A stretch of DNA of 64,000 nucleotides. Source: Candidatus Nezhaarchaeota archaeon. GTDB lineage: Archaea; Thermoproteota; Methanomethylicia; Nezhaarchaeales; WYZ-LMO8. Shown piece after piece: positions 37,757-47,437 of the stretch. The translations under genes were made by a program, and so were the position numbers. Location of the stretch: the NCBI GenBank assembly GCA_025059375.1, contig JANXDO010000002.1, positions 64,966-128,965 of the forward strand, given 5' to 3'. The first letter of the stretch is position 1, and every line of letters starts with the position of its first letter. Below the pieces are notes generated by a model. It was given only the letters and a program-made list of their open reading frames with translations, searched no databases and was not told where the DNA came from.

Positions 37757-39211
37757 TTAGCATCTCGGATAACTTAATTTTTCGATAGTCTCTAGCTTGG
37801 GTTTGAGGTAGCTTAGAGAAGCGAAGTTTATGCAGCCGGGATCAGGACCGGTAATATTTCCAGTGTAAGCGTAGGCTCTCGCTCTACAGCCACCACACAC
37901 ATACCTGTAGTTACACTTGCCACATGGCTCTTCAAGGGAGTCCCTATCCCTTAGCTTAATGAATATCGGCGACCTAGCCCATAAATCCTCAAAGTTTTCC
38001 TCTCTCAAGTTGCCTACCCTGATGGGCATGAACACGCAAGGTGTAAGGTCACCATTGGGCTCTATAGCAGAGTAAATTCTTCCAGCACCACAACCGCCTA
38101 TGAATTCTGCTAATGCAACTACTCCCGGGTCTGCACCCATTGAGAAATGAGTGGGTACCACAACTCTACCTAAGCTTTGCTGCATGGCTACTCTACCAAG
38201 TTGAGGTGCTGTCGCTACGACCTCTATCTTCCTAGTCGTTGCCAGCCTGTAAACAGTCCTTAAGAAGTCTTCCCTCTCATTGCACGTCAAGTCCCAATCT
38301 ATTATCTCGGAGCCTCGACCCGTGGGTATGAAGTTGAAGAATACAACCCTATTTACTCCCAATTCCTCACAGAAGTAGACCATCTCCTCAACTTCATGAT
38401 AATTTCTCTTGGTGATGGTCATAGCCACTCCGGTAACTAAGCCAACTTCAACACAATTTCTTATGCCGTTAACAGTCCTCTCCCACGCGCCATTAACTCC
38501 TCTAAAATCATCGTGCCTCTTCGGGTTAACCGAGTCTAGGCTTACCTCAACATACTTAACCCCTAGCTTCTTGAGCCTCTCCGCAAAGCTCCTAGTTATC
38601 ATCGTGCCATTTGTGGCGACAGCAACGTACATCCCTCTTGATGCAGCTTCACGAGCAACTATTGGAAAGTGTGGGTGTATTAGTGGTTCTCCACCTGAGA
38701 AGGCTATTGCAGCCACGTCAGCCTTGTCAAGTTGGTTCACAACCATGAGCTTCTCACTTAACGTAAGTTCATCGAGCAAAGGTTTGTCGGCCGCCTGGTA
38801 GCAATGTCTGCACCTCAAGTTGCACATGTTCGTGAAGTTCCAGACTACTAGGAATGGAGCGGGCAATTTTTGAGGTCTCGTAATGCCGTACTTAGCTATG
38901 CCCTTAAGGACTAACGCTAATCCTCTCCTAACAGATGGAATCTTAGCATAATTCTTAAAGGAATTGAAGTCGATGTGTGCTAACCTCATCATCGACATCA
39001 TTAGCATTAGAGCAAGAGCCTCAATTCTACACAAGCTTAAGTTCATCCTCGAATCATTAACGATGTACTCTAAGATGTGCTCTAATCTAGTCTCGTAACC
39101 ATGAGGGCACGGGTTGATGGTGCAGTTTAGGAAAAATCTCGACAGCCTGTTTCCAAGAATGAGTCTCATGGCACTAATTAACTGCTTAATGTTCAAGCTG
39201 ACTGCCATCAC
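37757..39211 (-). CDS. radical SAM/SPASM-domain maturase-like enzyme with an ~120-aa N-terminal extension
   Basis: It carries the FTNMCNLRCRHCYQ radical SAM motif and the C-terminal SPASM Cys cluster CGKCNYRYVCGGCRARAY. Confidence 0.7.
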   Translation of the reverse strand: MMAVSLNIKQLISAMRLILGNRLSRFFLNCTINPCPHGYETRLEHILEYIVNDSRMNLSLCRIEALALMLMMSMMRLAHIDFNSFKNYAKIPSVRRGLALVLKGIAKYGITRPQKLPAPFLVVWNFTNMCNLRCRHCYQAADKPLLDELTLSEKLMVVNQLDKADVAAIAFSGGEPLIHPHFPIVAREAASRGMYVAVATNGTMITRSFAERLKKLGVKYVEVSLDSVNPKRHDDFRGVNGAWERTVNGIRNCVEVGLVTGVAMTITKRNYHEVEEMVYFCEELGVNRVVFFNFIPTGRGSEIIDWDLTCNEREDFLRTVYRLATTRKIEVVATAPQLGRVAMQQSLGRVVVPTHFSMGADPGVVALAEFIGGCGAGRIYSAIEPNGDLTPCVFMPIRVGNLREENFEDLWARSPIFIKLRDRDSLEEPCGKCNYRYVCGGCRARAYAYTGNITGPDPGCINFASLSYLKPKLETIEKLSYPRC

Positions 39212-39334
39212 CTAGTCTTTCTTCTATAGAGCTAAAAATCTTACCTCATCGTTCATGAGGGTGTTAATGAGACTTAATGCTATATTCGCTCTTTATGCGT
39301 CTCCGCGATGACTATTGAGCGTGAGGAATAAGGT

Positions 39335-40378
39335 TTATGTTCGCTGGCATGAACTTGCTATCTCTAATATGTCGCTCAATAAAGCATAGCCGGTTGGTCT
39401 CCTTCCAGCTCCAGCCCCCACAATTGTAACTTCTTCAAGTACGTCCGTCTCAAATTGTATGGCATTTAGAACCCCTGAAACACTTGATAAAGCATCTGTA
39501 ACGGGTATACGAGTTGGAGAGACTTTAGCCTTGACCTCATCGTCTTCCTTCCATATCTCAGCCAGTAACTTCACTTTATAACCATTCTTCACCGCTTCTA
39601 GAATTTCCTTCATCGATATGCCTCTTATACCTCTTCGCTCAACACTCCTTAACTTTAAATCTCCATCCATTAAGACGTTCGCTAGTATTACAGCCTTTGC
39701 GGCTGCATCCCACCCATCAACATCAAGTGTTGGGTCAGCTTCCGCGTAACCCAACTCTTGCGCTTTACGAAGAGCTTCACTGTAACTTACGCCCCTCTCC
39801 ATCTCTGTCAGTATGAAGTTTGTTGTCCCATTGAGTATACCTCTTATCCTCCTTACCTCCAGCGCTTTGAGGCACGACCATCGGAAGTTGAATGTAGGTG
39901 TTCCACTTAAAACTGTCCCTTCAAACTTCAACTTTACATTCTTGGCTTTAGCGATATCCATAAGCTCTCTATAAGCTAACGCTATGGGGCCCTTGTTGGT
40001 AGTGGCCACATGTCTTCCCAAGATTAATGCCTCCTTAATGTGAGTCAATCCTGGTTCCCCTGTCTCAAGATTTGTCCATGTGACTTCAATTACTATGTCT
40101 GATGGCACTTCCCTTATTGCTTCTAAGCTACTTAAACCCCTTCTAGCTGGCAGATCATAGTGATCAAGTGTTTTACCAGAGTCGACAAGCTTTAGCGCCC
40201 TAGCTAAGTCTAGACCATCATCATTGACTATGCTACCCCACCTCAAATCACAAATTCCCAACACTTTAACTTCAATGTTGTAGCTTGACCTCAAGACCTC
40301 CATCTTCTCTAAAATTAGTTCTGCAAGCCCTCTACCAACAACTCCAAACCCTATGAAGAGTAGGCTGATGTCACTCAA
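39335..40378 (-). CDS. hom: homoserine dehydrogenase
   Basis: It carries the NAD-binding LFIGFGVVGRGLAELI and the catalytic block LNGTTNFILTEMERGVSYSEALRKAQELGYAEADPTLDVDGWDAAAK. Confidence 0.8.
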   Translation of the reverse strand: MSDISLLFIGFGVVGRGLAELILEKMEVLRSSYNIEVKVLGICDLRWGSIVNDDGLDLARALKLVDSGKTLDHYDLPARRGLSSLEAIREVPSDIVIEVTWTNLETGEPGLTHIKEALILGRHVATTNKGPIALAYRELMDIAKAKNVKLKFEGTVLSGTPTFNFRWSCLKALEVRRIRGILNGTTNFILTEMERGVSYSEALRKAQELGYAEADPTLDVDGWDAAAKAVILANVLMDGDLKLRSVERRGIRGISMKEILEAVKNGYKVKLLAEIWKEDDEVKAKVSPTRIPVTDALSSVSGVLNAIQFETDVLEEVTIVGAGAGRRPTGYALLSDILEIASSCQRT

Positions 40379-40590
40379 ATCTTTCCCCCAATCCCCTGAT
40401 TCATGATGTCGTTAATAAGGCTTTGTTGAAGCTATTGACAAATTCGTGAGGAGATGCTTGGGATGAATGGATTAGCTAATTCGCTCTCACAAATAGGGCT
40501 TCTAAAGACCTAATAGCGAGGAAGTTGTTCAGCATAACTTTTATTATTACTTCATACTCCCCAAAAGTGTTATAGGCAGAAGAAGTAAGA

Positions 40591-41052
40591 GTGAGGCTTC
40601 CACGGGTGAGCACATTGAGTGGTGTCGTTAAGATTGAGGCTATGGGTAGGAGGCCTGGAAGAACTATATGGTCCTATAGGATCATTGGAACTGCAAGTGT
40701 TGGCACAGTCGCCATAAGCTTCGACATCGAGCTCCTATTCCCAGAGGATGAAATGAAGAAGTTCAAGAAGCCGGTGGTAACTAAAACTGCCATTAGAAGC
40801 TTGCCGCCGGAGAGTATTGGAACTGTTGAGCTTTACGTCCAGCCTAGGCAAGGTTGGGAGATGGTTCACGAACTATTCGCTAAGGTCATAAATAAGTATG
40901 GTGCTAGGAAGAGTGGACCTGAACCATCTAAAGGTCTTTACGCAAACTGGATGTTAACCATCTGGGAAATTAAGGGACCAGGCTTTAAGCCCTTAATGGA
41001 CGAGCTAGGTGCACTTTGCGACGTGGGCTACGCCGACATACCTGAAAGCTAA
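40591..41052 (+). CDS. hypothetical protein
   Basis: This is a 153-aa ORF with coding-like composition and no recognised motif. Confidence 0.3.
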   Translation: MRLPRVSTLSGVVKIEAMGRRPGRTIWSYRIIGTASVGTVAISFDIELLFPEDEMKKFKKPVVTKTAIRSLPPESIGTVELYVQPRQGWEMVHELFAKVINKYGARKSGPEPSKGLYANWMLTIWEIKGPGFKPLMDELGALCDVGYADIPES

Positions 41053-41149
41053 GATAGCGATCAATCTATAACCTTCTTTACCCCTTTACACATACCCTCA
41101 ACAACTTTTTCTAGTCAAGACGTATAGAAGGATTAATGGGTGCGATTGC

Positions 41150-41938
41150 TTGGTCTTAGTGGGTCCGAGACTTGTTCACTCCAAGGTGAAGGGATGGCCA
41201 AGACTTACCAAGTTCTTTGAAATGCTTGAAGGCAATGCTCATGTCCAGTCGCTGCTAAGAATGGCGAACATGATGGCTGTAACGCGGCTGTTCTACAATG
41301 ACCACGGCCTCATTCATTCTAGGATGGTAGCTGGCTCAGCTCTTGAAATGCTCGATATATTAGAGCGGAAGGGCATTCAACCATCACTAGTAAGGGATGG
41401 TGAGGGCGATGATGAGGATTCAAGGGTAGTAGTTTTGGGTGGTGCATACCTTCACGATATTGGAAACTCTGTTCATAGAGAGCAGCATCACATACATGGA
41501 GTCTACTTGGCTGAAAACATTCTTAGAAGGCTTCTCTTAAAGCTCTATGCTGACGATAAGTATAAAGCTATTATCGTGAAGCAGGAGATACTTCACGCCA
41601 TATTTTCTCATGATGAGAGTGTAGTTCCATTAACCATTGAGGCCGGTGTAGCTAAGGTTGCTGATGGAACCGATATGGCTGAAGGTAGGGCAAGGATACC
41701 TTACAGGTTAGGTAAAAGTGACATACATAGCTTCTCCGCCTTGGCAATCAAAAGGGTAGAGGTGAAGGAAGGTGAAGAAAGACCTATTGGGATAGTTGTA
41801 GATATGGACAATGAGGCAGGCATATTTCAGGTTGAGGAGATCTTGGGGGCCAAGATCAAGACATCCGGAATAGCACCCTTAATTGAAGTTCAGGCATTAA
41901 AAAGAGGGGTAAAATTAAAGGTTTGGAAGACAACATAG
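41150..41938 (+). CDS. HD-domain phosphohydrolase
   Basis: It carries the H…HD motif HGLIHS…GGAYLHDIGN. Confidence 0.55.
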   Translation: MVLVGPRLVHSKVKGWPRLTKFFEMLEGNAHVQSLLRMANMMAVTRLFYNDHGLIHSRMVAGSALEMLDILERKGIQPSLVRDGEGDDEDSRVVVLGGAYLHDIGNSVHREQHHIHGVYLAENILRRLLLKLYADDKYKAIIVKQEILHAIFSHDESVVPLTIEAGVAKVADGTDMAEGRARIPYRLGKSDIHSFSALAIKRVEVKEGEERPIGIVVDMDNEAGIFQVEEILGAKIKTSGIAPLIEVQALKRGVKLKVWKTT

Positions 41939-42149
41939 CTTTCGCTAATTGATTACTGAGGTTCTTCGTCTATTGCCTCAACTTCACATAATGCCATGGA
42001 CGAGAAACCCGAGACCTCATAATTCTCACGTTCAAGTCAAGACATTAGGGGGCGTAGAGAGCTAGCGTTAACGTTTGAATAGTCATTCTAAGATTCTAAG
42101 AGAGGATAGCTTTAAGCCACCGCTATGATGTTTGTCTCGGTGACGTTAA

Positions 42150-42680
42150 ATGGAGGTCTTGGAGGCAATAAAGACGAGGAGGAGTGTTAGGAAATTTAAG
42201 AGGGATAGAGTTCCATTAAACATTGTTAAGGAGATACTTGAAGCTGGGAGATGGGCTCCCTCGGCTAGAAATAGTCAGCCCTGGAGGTTCATACTGATAG
42301 TTGATGAGGACTTAAAGAGAAGGGTTGCTGAAGCAACTACAGCTGGAAAGTTCTTAGCCAACGCGCCGTTAGGCATAGCCGTGACTGTAGACCCAAGCAT
42401 TACCAGGCACCCCGTGGAGGATGGAGCTAGTGCAACAATGAACATGCTTCTAGCAGCTCACGCACTAGGTTTAGGCGCTTGTTGGATTGGAAGTCATGGG
42501 TCAGTATATGAAGATAGGGTGAAGGAGCTTCTCAATATTCCTAGAGACTGGATACTGCTCTCAATAATAGCTCTAGGTTACCCAGATGAAAAGCCATCTT
42601 CAAGCAGGGTTGAGCTTAAGGAGCTCATCTATATTAATAAGTTCGGTTCGAGAATCGAACTGGAAGAAGTGCTGGTTTAG
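42150..42680 (+). CDS. nitroreductase-family protein
   Basis: It carries RRSVRKF…SARNSQPWRFILIVD. Confidence 0.75.
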   Translation: MEVLEAIKTRRSVRKFKRDRVPLNIVKEILEAGRWAPSARNSQPWRFILIVDEDLKRRVAEATTAGKFLANAPLGIAVTVDPSITRHPVEDGASATMNMLLAAHALGLGACWIGSHGSVYEDRVKELLNIPRDWILLSIIALGYPDEKPSSSRVELKELIYINKFGSRIELEEVLV

Positions 42681-42876
42681 AGTGTGGCTAAAGCTTCACA
42701 TTCAAGGCCTACCTCTTATTCAGGATTTCGAAGCGCGAAGTAGCCTACTACAACCATCCCAATCGAAGCCCACTAAGATAAAGCTTTAAAACCACAAAAC
42801 AGCTTAAGGTAAGCGTAGGTTAGGTTAAGCCTTATAAGTAGAGCAGTGTACGTGGTAGAGTGCCTCGAGGTGATGA

Positions 42877-43170
42877 ATGATGTCGAGGATAGATGACGTG
42901 GTGAGGGAACTAGGATCTAAGGAGATAGTGACTCTAGATGATCTAAAAGAGGCCTACGCTAAGATGTATGCCTTCAAGACCGTGATGCTGACGGGTAAAA
43001 CTCACCAGATATCAATGCCTGACGAATTGTTCTCAATGCTGCAGGACCTGACTAAGAAGATCAAGAAGATAGGGGTAAAGGGTAAGATTAACGTCAACGA
43101 CTTAACAGCGCTACTAGTGCTAATGAGTTATTCAAGGGTCAAGAAGATAGTTCAGGAAGCCAAAGAGTGA
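42877..43170 (+). CDS. hypothetical protein
   Basis: This is a 97-aa ORF with no recognised motif. Confidence 0.3.
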   Translation: MMSRIDDVVRELGSKEIVTLDDLKEAYAKMYAFKTVMLTGKTHQISMPDELFSMLQDLTKKIKKIGVKGKINVNDLTALLVLMSYSRVKKIVQEAKE

Positions 43171-43181
43171 GAAGTTCAGAC

Positions 43182-43775
43182 TTAAATATTTAACTTTAAC
43201 TCAGTACCACAGAGGCCCCTCACTAAAACTTCCCCATCTCTTATCTCAACATCCAGCCTCTTTCTAGAGGGTCTTGACGGGAGCCTCCTTATAGTGGTGG
43301 GCACGGGCTTCACCGTTATCTCATCTGCCCATTTAGACCACAACTCCATGAATCTTTTCACCTTCTTTCGTACTCTAATGATCTCCTGAAGTGCGTCAAC
43401 ATTATTTGTTGAGGCATAGCCCATTTTAACCATCTTAAACACTTCTCTTGAGACGTAAGTCTCCCACCCCTTGTAGCTTAATGAGCTATTGAACCTGGAT
43501 GCACGTTGGTAATACTTGTGCACGAAGCGCCATATCTCACGAAGTGTTGCTCCCTTAACGTACTCGTCAGCTATTGCTCTAAAGACCATCTTATTTACAT
43601 TCTTTGGTGGCTTATAGACCGTGACTTCAATGCTTAGAGGGAAACGTGATGCAGTAGCTTGCACTTGCTTGACGATCATCTCTCTAAGCTTCTTTAAAAC
43701 TTCACCAGGCTCATCACATAGCTTTAAAACCTCGATTGGCTCCTCTCCACGCTCTTCGCTCAACATGCCTCTCAA
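43182..43775 (-). CDS. hypothetical protein
   Basis: This is a 197-aa basic protein with no recognised motif. Confidence 0.3.
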   Translation of the reverse strand: MRGMLSEERGEEPIEVLKLCDEPGEVLKKLREMIVKQVQATASRFPLSIEVTVYKPPKNVNKMVFRAIADEYVKGATLREIWRFVHKYYQRASRFNSSLSYKGWETYVSREVFKMVKMGYASTNNVDALQEIIRVRKKVKRFMELWSKWADEITVKPVPTTIRRLPSRPSRKRLDVEIRDGEVLVRGLCGTELKLNI

Positions 43776-44120
43776 TTTTATTTCACAACTCTCACTCTAT
43801 TTTTTATTTAGGAAGTGAAAAAGGTGGTCTTAGCCCAGCCCATCTAGTTCTCTTACTTAATGTTGGGGTCTCTATAACATGAGCCCACTTCAGAATCGAG
43901 TTAAAGTTGATAGAAGTCATAGCCTCCTATTAAGGTAACGTTGAAGTTCACGTTGAAACGTTAACTTAGGGGCCTTTATTGTGGTCGGAGCCACTATTAC
44001 CCACTTTCACCACTCGATCCTTTAGTGTCTTAAGTTTAAAGTGTGTTGAGCTTAAACCCTTTAATCTAAGCCGGTCAAAGAAATGAATCAGTTCTCAGCT
44101 CAGTTTATCGAGACCAAGGG

Positions 44121-45380
44121 GTGTATCAAATGGGTAGGAGGGTCTCCGTTGTAGCCGTTGGGTCTCCAGTTCACCCTTTAAGACAGAAGGTTAGTACACT
44201 TGACAGGCTTATAGAAGTAATTAGAAGGGCTGGTTTTGAGGTCAACATCATCGGCAATATAGTGTCTTCATTTAATGACGTCTTAACTATTCAAGACAGG
44301 ATACTGGAGGTGAGCGAGCCTCTCCTAATATTGCATTTAACTGGAGGCACATCAAAGATAGCATTGGAAACAGCTAAATGGAGCAACGCCCCCATCACGC
44401 TTGTAGCTCATGGCAAGAGCAATTCTCTTCCATCAAGCCTAGAGGCTTACAATAAACTCAAAGGCTTAGGTCTAGATGTAGAGATCAGATTTGTGAATCT
44501 TAAAAATGGTAAGCTTGAGATCAGCTATAAGACTATGGACTTTGAAGGTTGTATGGTCATTTTTGGAGAGGTAGCTCCAAGAACTTTTGATGTGACCTGT
44601 CCAGCAACACTTGCACAAAGGCTTAAAGTTAGGGTTAAGCACGTGTCAGGCGATGAGCTTGAGAGGCAGGTTATCAAGCATCAGCATCGCATAGACGTCA
44701 TGGAGGAGTTTTTATCCAGCTTCAAGGGTGAGGTTCAGGTTGCTCGAGGAGAGCTTCAATTGAGCTTGGCTTTCAAGGAGGCCATTAGCGAGGTGATCAG
44801 GAGGGCAGGCTGTAACGTGTTTACCATCGACTGCTTTGAAGTGATTAAGAGGATGCATGTAACGCCCTGCTTAGCGGTATCACTCTTAGCTAGGGAGGGA
44901 ATTTTAGGAATATGTGAGGCTGATATTCAGGCAGCAGCGTGTATGATCTCAGTATGGAGGCTCACACACCCATTTATGGGTAACATAACCGCAATAGACG
45001 ATGAGGAGGATAGCGTGATCTTAGCCCATTGCACCGCTGCCATCACGTTAGCGTCTAATGAAAGTGCTGTAAAGCTAAAGAGCCACTTTGAGACTGATAG
45101 AAGCGTCTCAGTCGACGTTCCATTGAAGCTCGGCGATTCAGTCATGATTAGCTGCGACCCTAAGCTTAGGGAGGCAAGCCTTGTTGAGTGCCTCGTAGAC
45201 AGAAGTCAACTTGAGCATGAAGGCATGTGTCGCACACAAGTGCTGCTTAAAGTAAAGTCTAAGCCATCTAAGATATTAAGCTCATGGCCTAGTGGTCATG
45301 CAGTACTAGCGCTTCAAGTTAGCATGCAAGAAGTTAAGAGAGAACTCATTAAGAGGGGATTTCATGTCAATGAACTTTAG
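44121..45380 (+). CDS. hypothetical protein (419 aa)
   Basis: It is a long ORF with good coding statistics but no motif I can name. Confidence 0.35.
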   Translation: MYQMGRRVSVVAVGSPVHPLRQKVSTLDRLIEVIRRAGFEVNIIGNIVSSFNDVLTIQDRILEVSEPLLILHLTGGTSKIALETAKWSNAPITLVAHGKSNSLPSSLEAYNKLKGLGLDVEIRFVNLKNGKLEISYKTMDFEGCMVIFGEVAPRTFDVTCPATLAQRLKVRVKHVSGDELERQVIKHQHRIDVMEEFLSSFKGEVQVARGELQLSLAFKEAISEVIRRAGCNVFTIDCFEVIKRMHVTPCLAVSLLAREGILGICEADIQAAACMISVWRLTHPFMGNITAIDDEEDSVILAHCTAAITLASNESAVKLKSHFETDRSVSVDVPLKLGDSVMISCDPKLREASLVECLVDRSQLEHEGMCRTQVLLKVKSKPSKILSSWPSGHAVLALQVSMQEVKRELIKRGFHVNEL

Positions 45381-45528
45381 TCGATACCATCAAGTATTTA
45401 GAGACTTTTAGGATTATTATGAACACTTAAAGGTGGTGTGGTCAGTGAGTATCATTCCATGTCAACAAAGAAAGGTGTTAGTGAAAAGAAAGATGGCACG
45501 GTAGAGGACTCTTGTCTGGAATGCCAGC

Positions 45529-45822
45529 TTAAGCCTTTCTCTCCATGGTTATCTCTATTGTCGAGATGTTTCTGGCCTGCTCGCCTTCACCTACTTTCTC
45601 TGTACCGATTTTGACGTCAGTTATCTCAACTTGGTTCATCAAGAACCTTGTCTTGACTATTTCAGCTGTATCAACGGCCTTCGATATAGCTCTTCCTCGA
45701 GCCTTAATGACTACTTTGTTTACTCCTTGATTGAACTGTATCACTGTTGCAAGCACATAGTTCATGGTTGGCTTGTTTCCGACTAAGACCACGTTTTCAC
45801 TAACGGGTCTTGATTTGCTCAT
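45529..45822 (-). CDS. albA: chromatin protein Alba
   Basis: [51 protein letters not shown] is near-identical in pattern to Sso10b. I chose the internal ATG at 45822. Confidence 0.85.
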   Translation of the reverse strand: MSKSRPVSENVVLVGNKPTMNYVLATVIQFNQGVNKVVIKARGRAISKAVDTAEIVKTRFLMNQVEITDVKIGTEKVGEGEQARNISTIEITMERKA

Positions 45823-45900
45823 GTCTTGGACCTCCGCATCGATGGAGTCTAGCGGTCTGATACTGAGCATGTATGAGTGGTTTTAAACCCTTCGCTTGAC

Positions 45901-46659
45901 TTAACGAAATAGGTCTTCTTGGGGGGGCATTAATAGTTCCTTTACTGATGAATCATCGCATACCTGATACTTGAGCCCCCTAACTATTACAGCTGGAATT
46001 CCCTCACTGGCTTGACCTATCAATAGCTCTGCGGCTGAAGCTATCTCATCAGCTATGGCTATGACCTTAGACTTAAGGATGTAGCCAAAGAGGTCACTTT
46101 CCCCCCTTCTATCTTTAAGGGGTTTTATTCCAGAGACACCTATAGCAACATTTACTTGACCTCTTCTAAATGGCCTCCCATGAGTGTCGCTTATTATGAC
46201 TGCTACATTGACTCCCTCAATTCTCTTAATTGATGCTCTGATCTTAGAAGCTTCCTCATCCGGGTTTGGAGGGAGCGTTGTTGCACTATAGCCTCCATCA
46301 ACATTCGACACGTCAACCCCTGCATTAGCACACACAAAACCATGCTTCGTCTCGCATATCACTAGGCCCTTCCTAATCCTAACAATATTCTTGGTTTCTC
46401 TTAGAATCAACTCAACAAGCTCGGGGGGCTTATCGAGTATTGGTGAAAGTTCTATGGCTTCTTTCGATGGTTTAATGTCCCTAAGCTTAAAGATGAGCCC
46501 CTTGGACTTAGAAATTATTTTGTGGGTTATTACGAGGATGTCACCTTCTTGTAGTGGAGTCCCTTGCTTACGTGCAGCCTCACATATGAGCCGAGCTATA
46601 TCGCTACCTGGTTCTACGGGTATTGGAATTCCTCTTATTGGGATGAGCTTTACCTCCAT
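45901..46659 (-). CDS. cofE: coenzyme F420-0:L-glutamate ligase
   Basis: It aligns along its whole length with MJ0768 CofE as recalled (IPxxGIPxxxxGD…HGxxCANxGVDxSNVxGG…PxNPDExAxKIR…VAIIIxDTxGRxFRRGxxNxAIGVSG…ADEIASAAxLLMGxxxEGIPAVIVRG). Confidence 0.8.
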   Translation of the reverse strand: MEVKLIPIRGIPIPVEPGSDIARLICEAARKQGTPLQEGDILVITHKIISKSKGLIFKLRDIKPSKEAIELSPILDKPPELVELILRETKNIVRIRKGLVICETKHGFVCANAGVDVSNVDGGYSATTLPPNPDEEASKIRASIKRIEGVNVAVIISDTHGRPFRRGQVNVAIGVSGIKPLKDRRGESDLFGYILKSKVIAIADEIASAAELLIGQASEGIPAVIVRGLKYQVCDDSSVKELLMPPQEDLFR

Positions 46660-46671
46660 TAAGGCACCATC

Positions 46672-47082
46672 CTAAGCTAAGTTTTCAGCTAAAACCTCCT
46701 CATCAACCATAGATCTCAATCTGTCACGGATCCATGATGTTCTCTCTCCACAGTAAGTGATATAGAGGTTGAAGCATTTAGCCTTAGCTGAAGCTTTCAA
46801 AATTTCACATAACTTCAAGTACATCTTTACGCTCGCATAGTTGCTTAATGCAGATAATCTAGAGGCGTGCGCATAGAGGTCCAGTATCAAGTTTTCTCTA
46901 GGTGAGAGGCGTGAAGGTAGTGAAGCTAATAGAGGAAAGGCTTTAAAGATGTCTAGAACCTCTATGAGATCCTCAGCGTCGATGGCTTTGTCTGTAACGA
47001 TGATAGTCCTACCTTGAGCAATCTCGAGTGCCCTTGAGAGTAACCCATGACCAGCTCCGACGATCAGGTAAGTTTTACCCAT
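46672..47082 (-). CDS. hypothetical protein with a Rossmann-like N-terminus (LIVGAGHGLL)
   Basis: This 136-aa ORF overlaps neighbours within a tight operon. Confidence 0.3.
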   Translation of the reverse strand: MGKTYLIVGAGHGLLSRALEIAQGRTIIVTDKAIDAEDLIEVLDIFKAFPLLASLPSRLSPRENLILDLYAHASRLSALSNYASVKMYLKLCEILKASAKAKCFNLYITYCGERTSWIRDRLRSMVDEEVLAENLA

Positions 47083-47101
47083 AAGCTCACCTTAGAGGGC
47101 G

Positions 47102-47437
47102 TTAGTGGAGTATGTGGTGTAGGAGGCATGCGCCGATGTGGCTGCACGAGCCTCTCCTATTGTTCGCATACGGCTTATGCGCTTGACTGCATGTGCATCT
47201 AAACCTCCTCGCTCTCTCATCGTAGGTGACTATGTACAGGGGCTCAGCATCACCCATCCTCTTCCTGCCTCTGACAGCCCACTTACCCTCCCCACATGCA
47301 TAGACGTCGTTGATCCTCGTTAAGCTCCTTTTGACCCAAGACTTACCCTTAACCTCAATGAGCCTTAAAAGCTCCTCCACCATGTACTCATTCAATAGCT
47401 TTGTGTTGATGGATGCTTCTCTAGTGGGCATCCTCAA
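47102..47437 (-). CDS. SWIM-type zinc-finger protein
   Basis: CTCSQAHKPYANNRRGSCSHIGACLLHH gives a CxC…CxH SWIM pattern. Confidence 0.5.
   Translation of the reverse strand: MRMPTREASINTKLLNEYMVEELLRLIEVKGKSWVKRSLTRINDVYACGEGKWAVRGRKRMGDAEPLYIVTYDERARRFRCTCSQAHKPYANNRRGSCSHIGACLLHHILH

Noticed and set aside
42636-42665. tRNA T-arm-like string GGTTCGAGAATCGAACTGG
   Set aside because: It lies inside the 3' end of the nitroreductase CDS and has no flanking acceptor or anticodon arm structure.
46672-47082. Possible CofC (2-phospho-L-lactate guanylyltransferase) next to cofE, based on a shared 'SRLSP' string
   Set aside because: The motif is in the wrong position and the N-terminal CofC/MobA-like nucleotide-binding pattern is absent. 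The coincidence is too weak.
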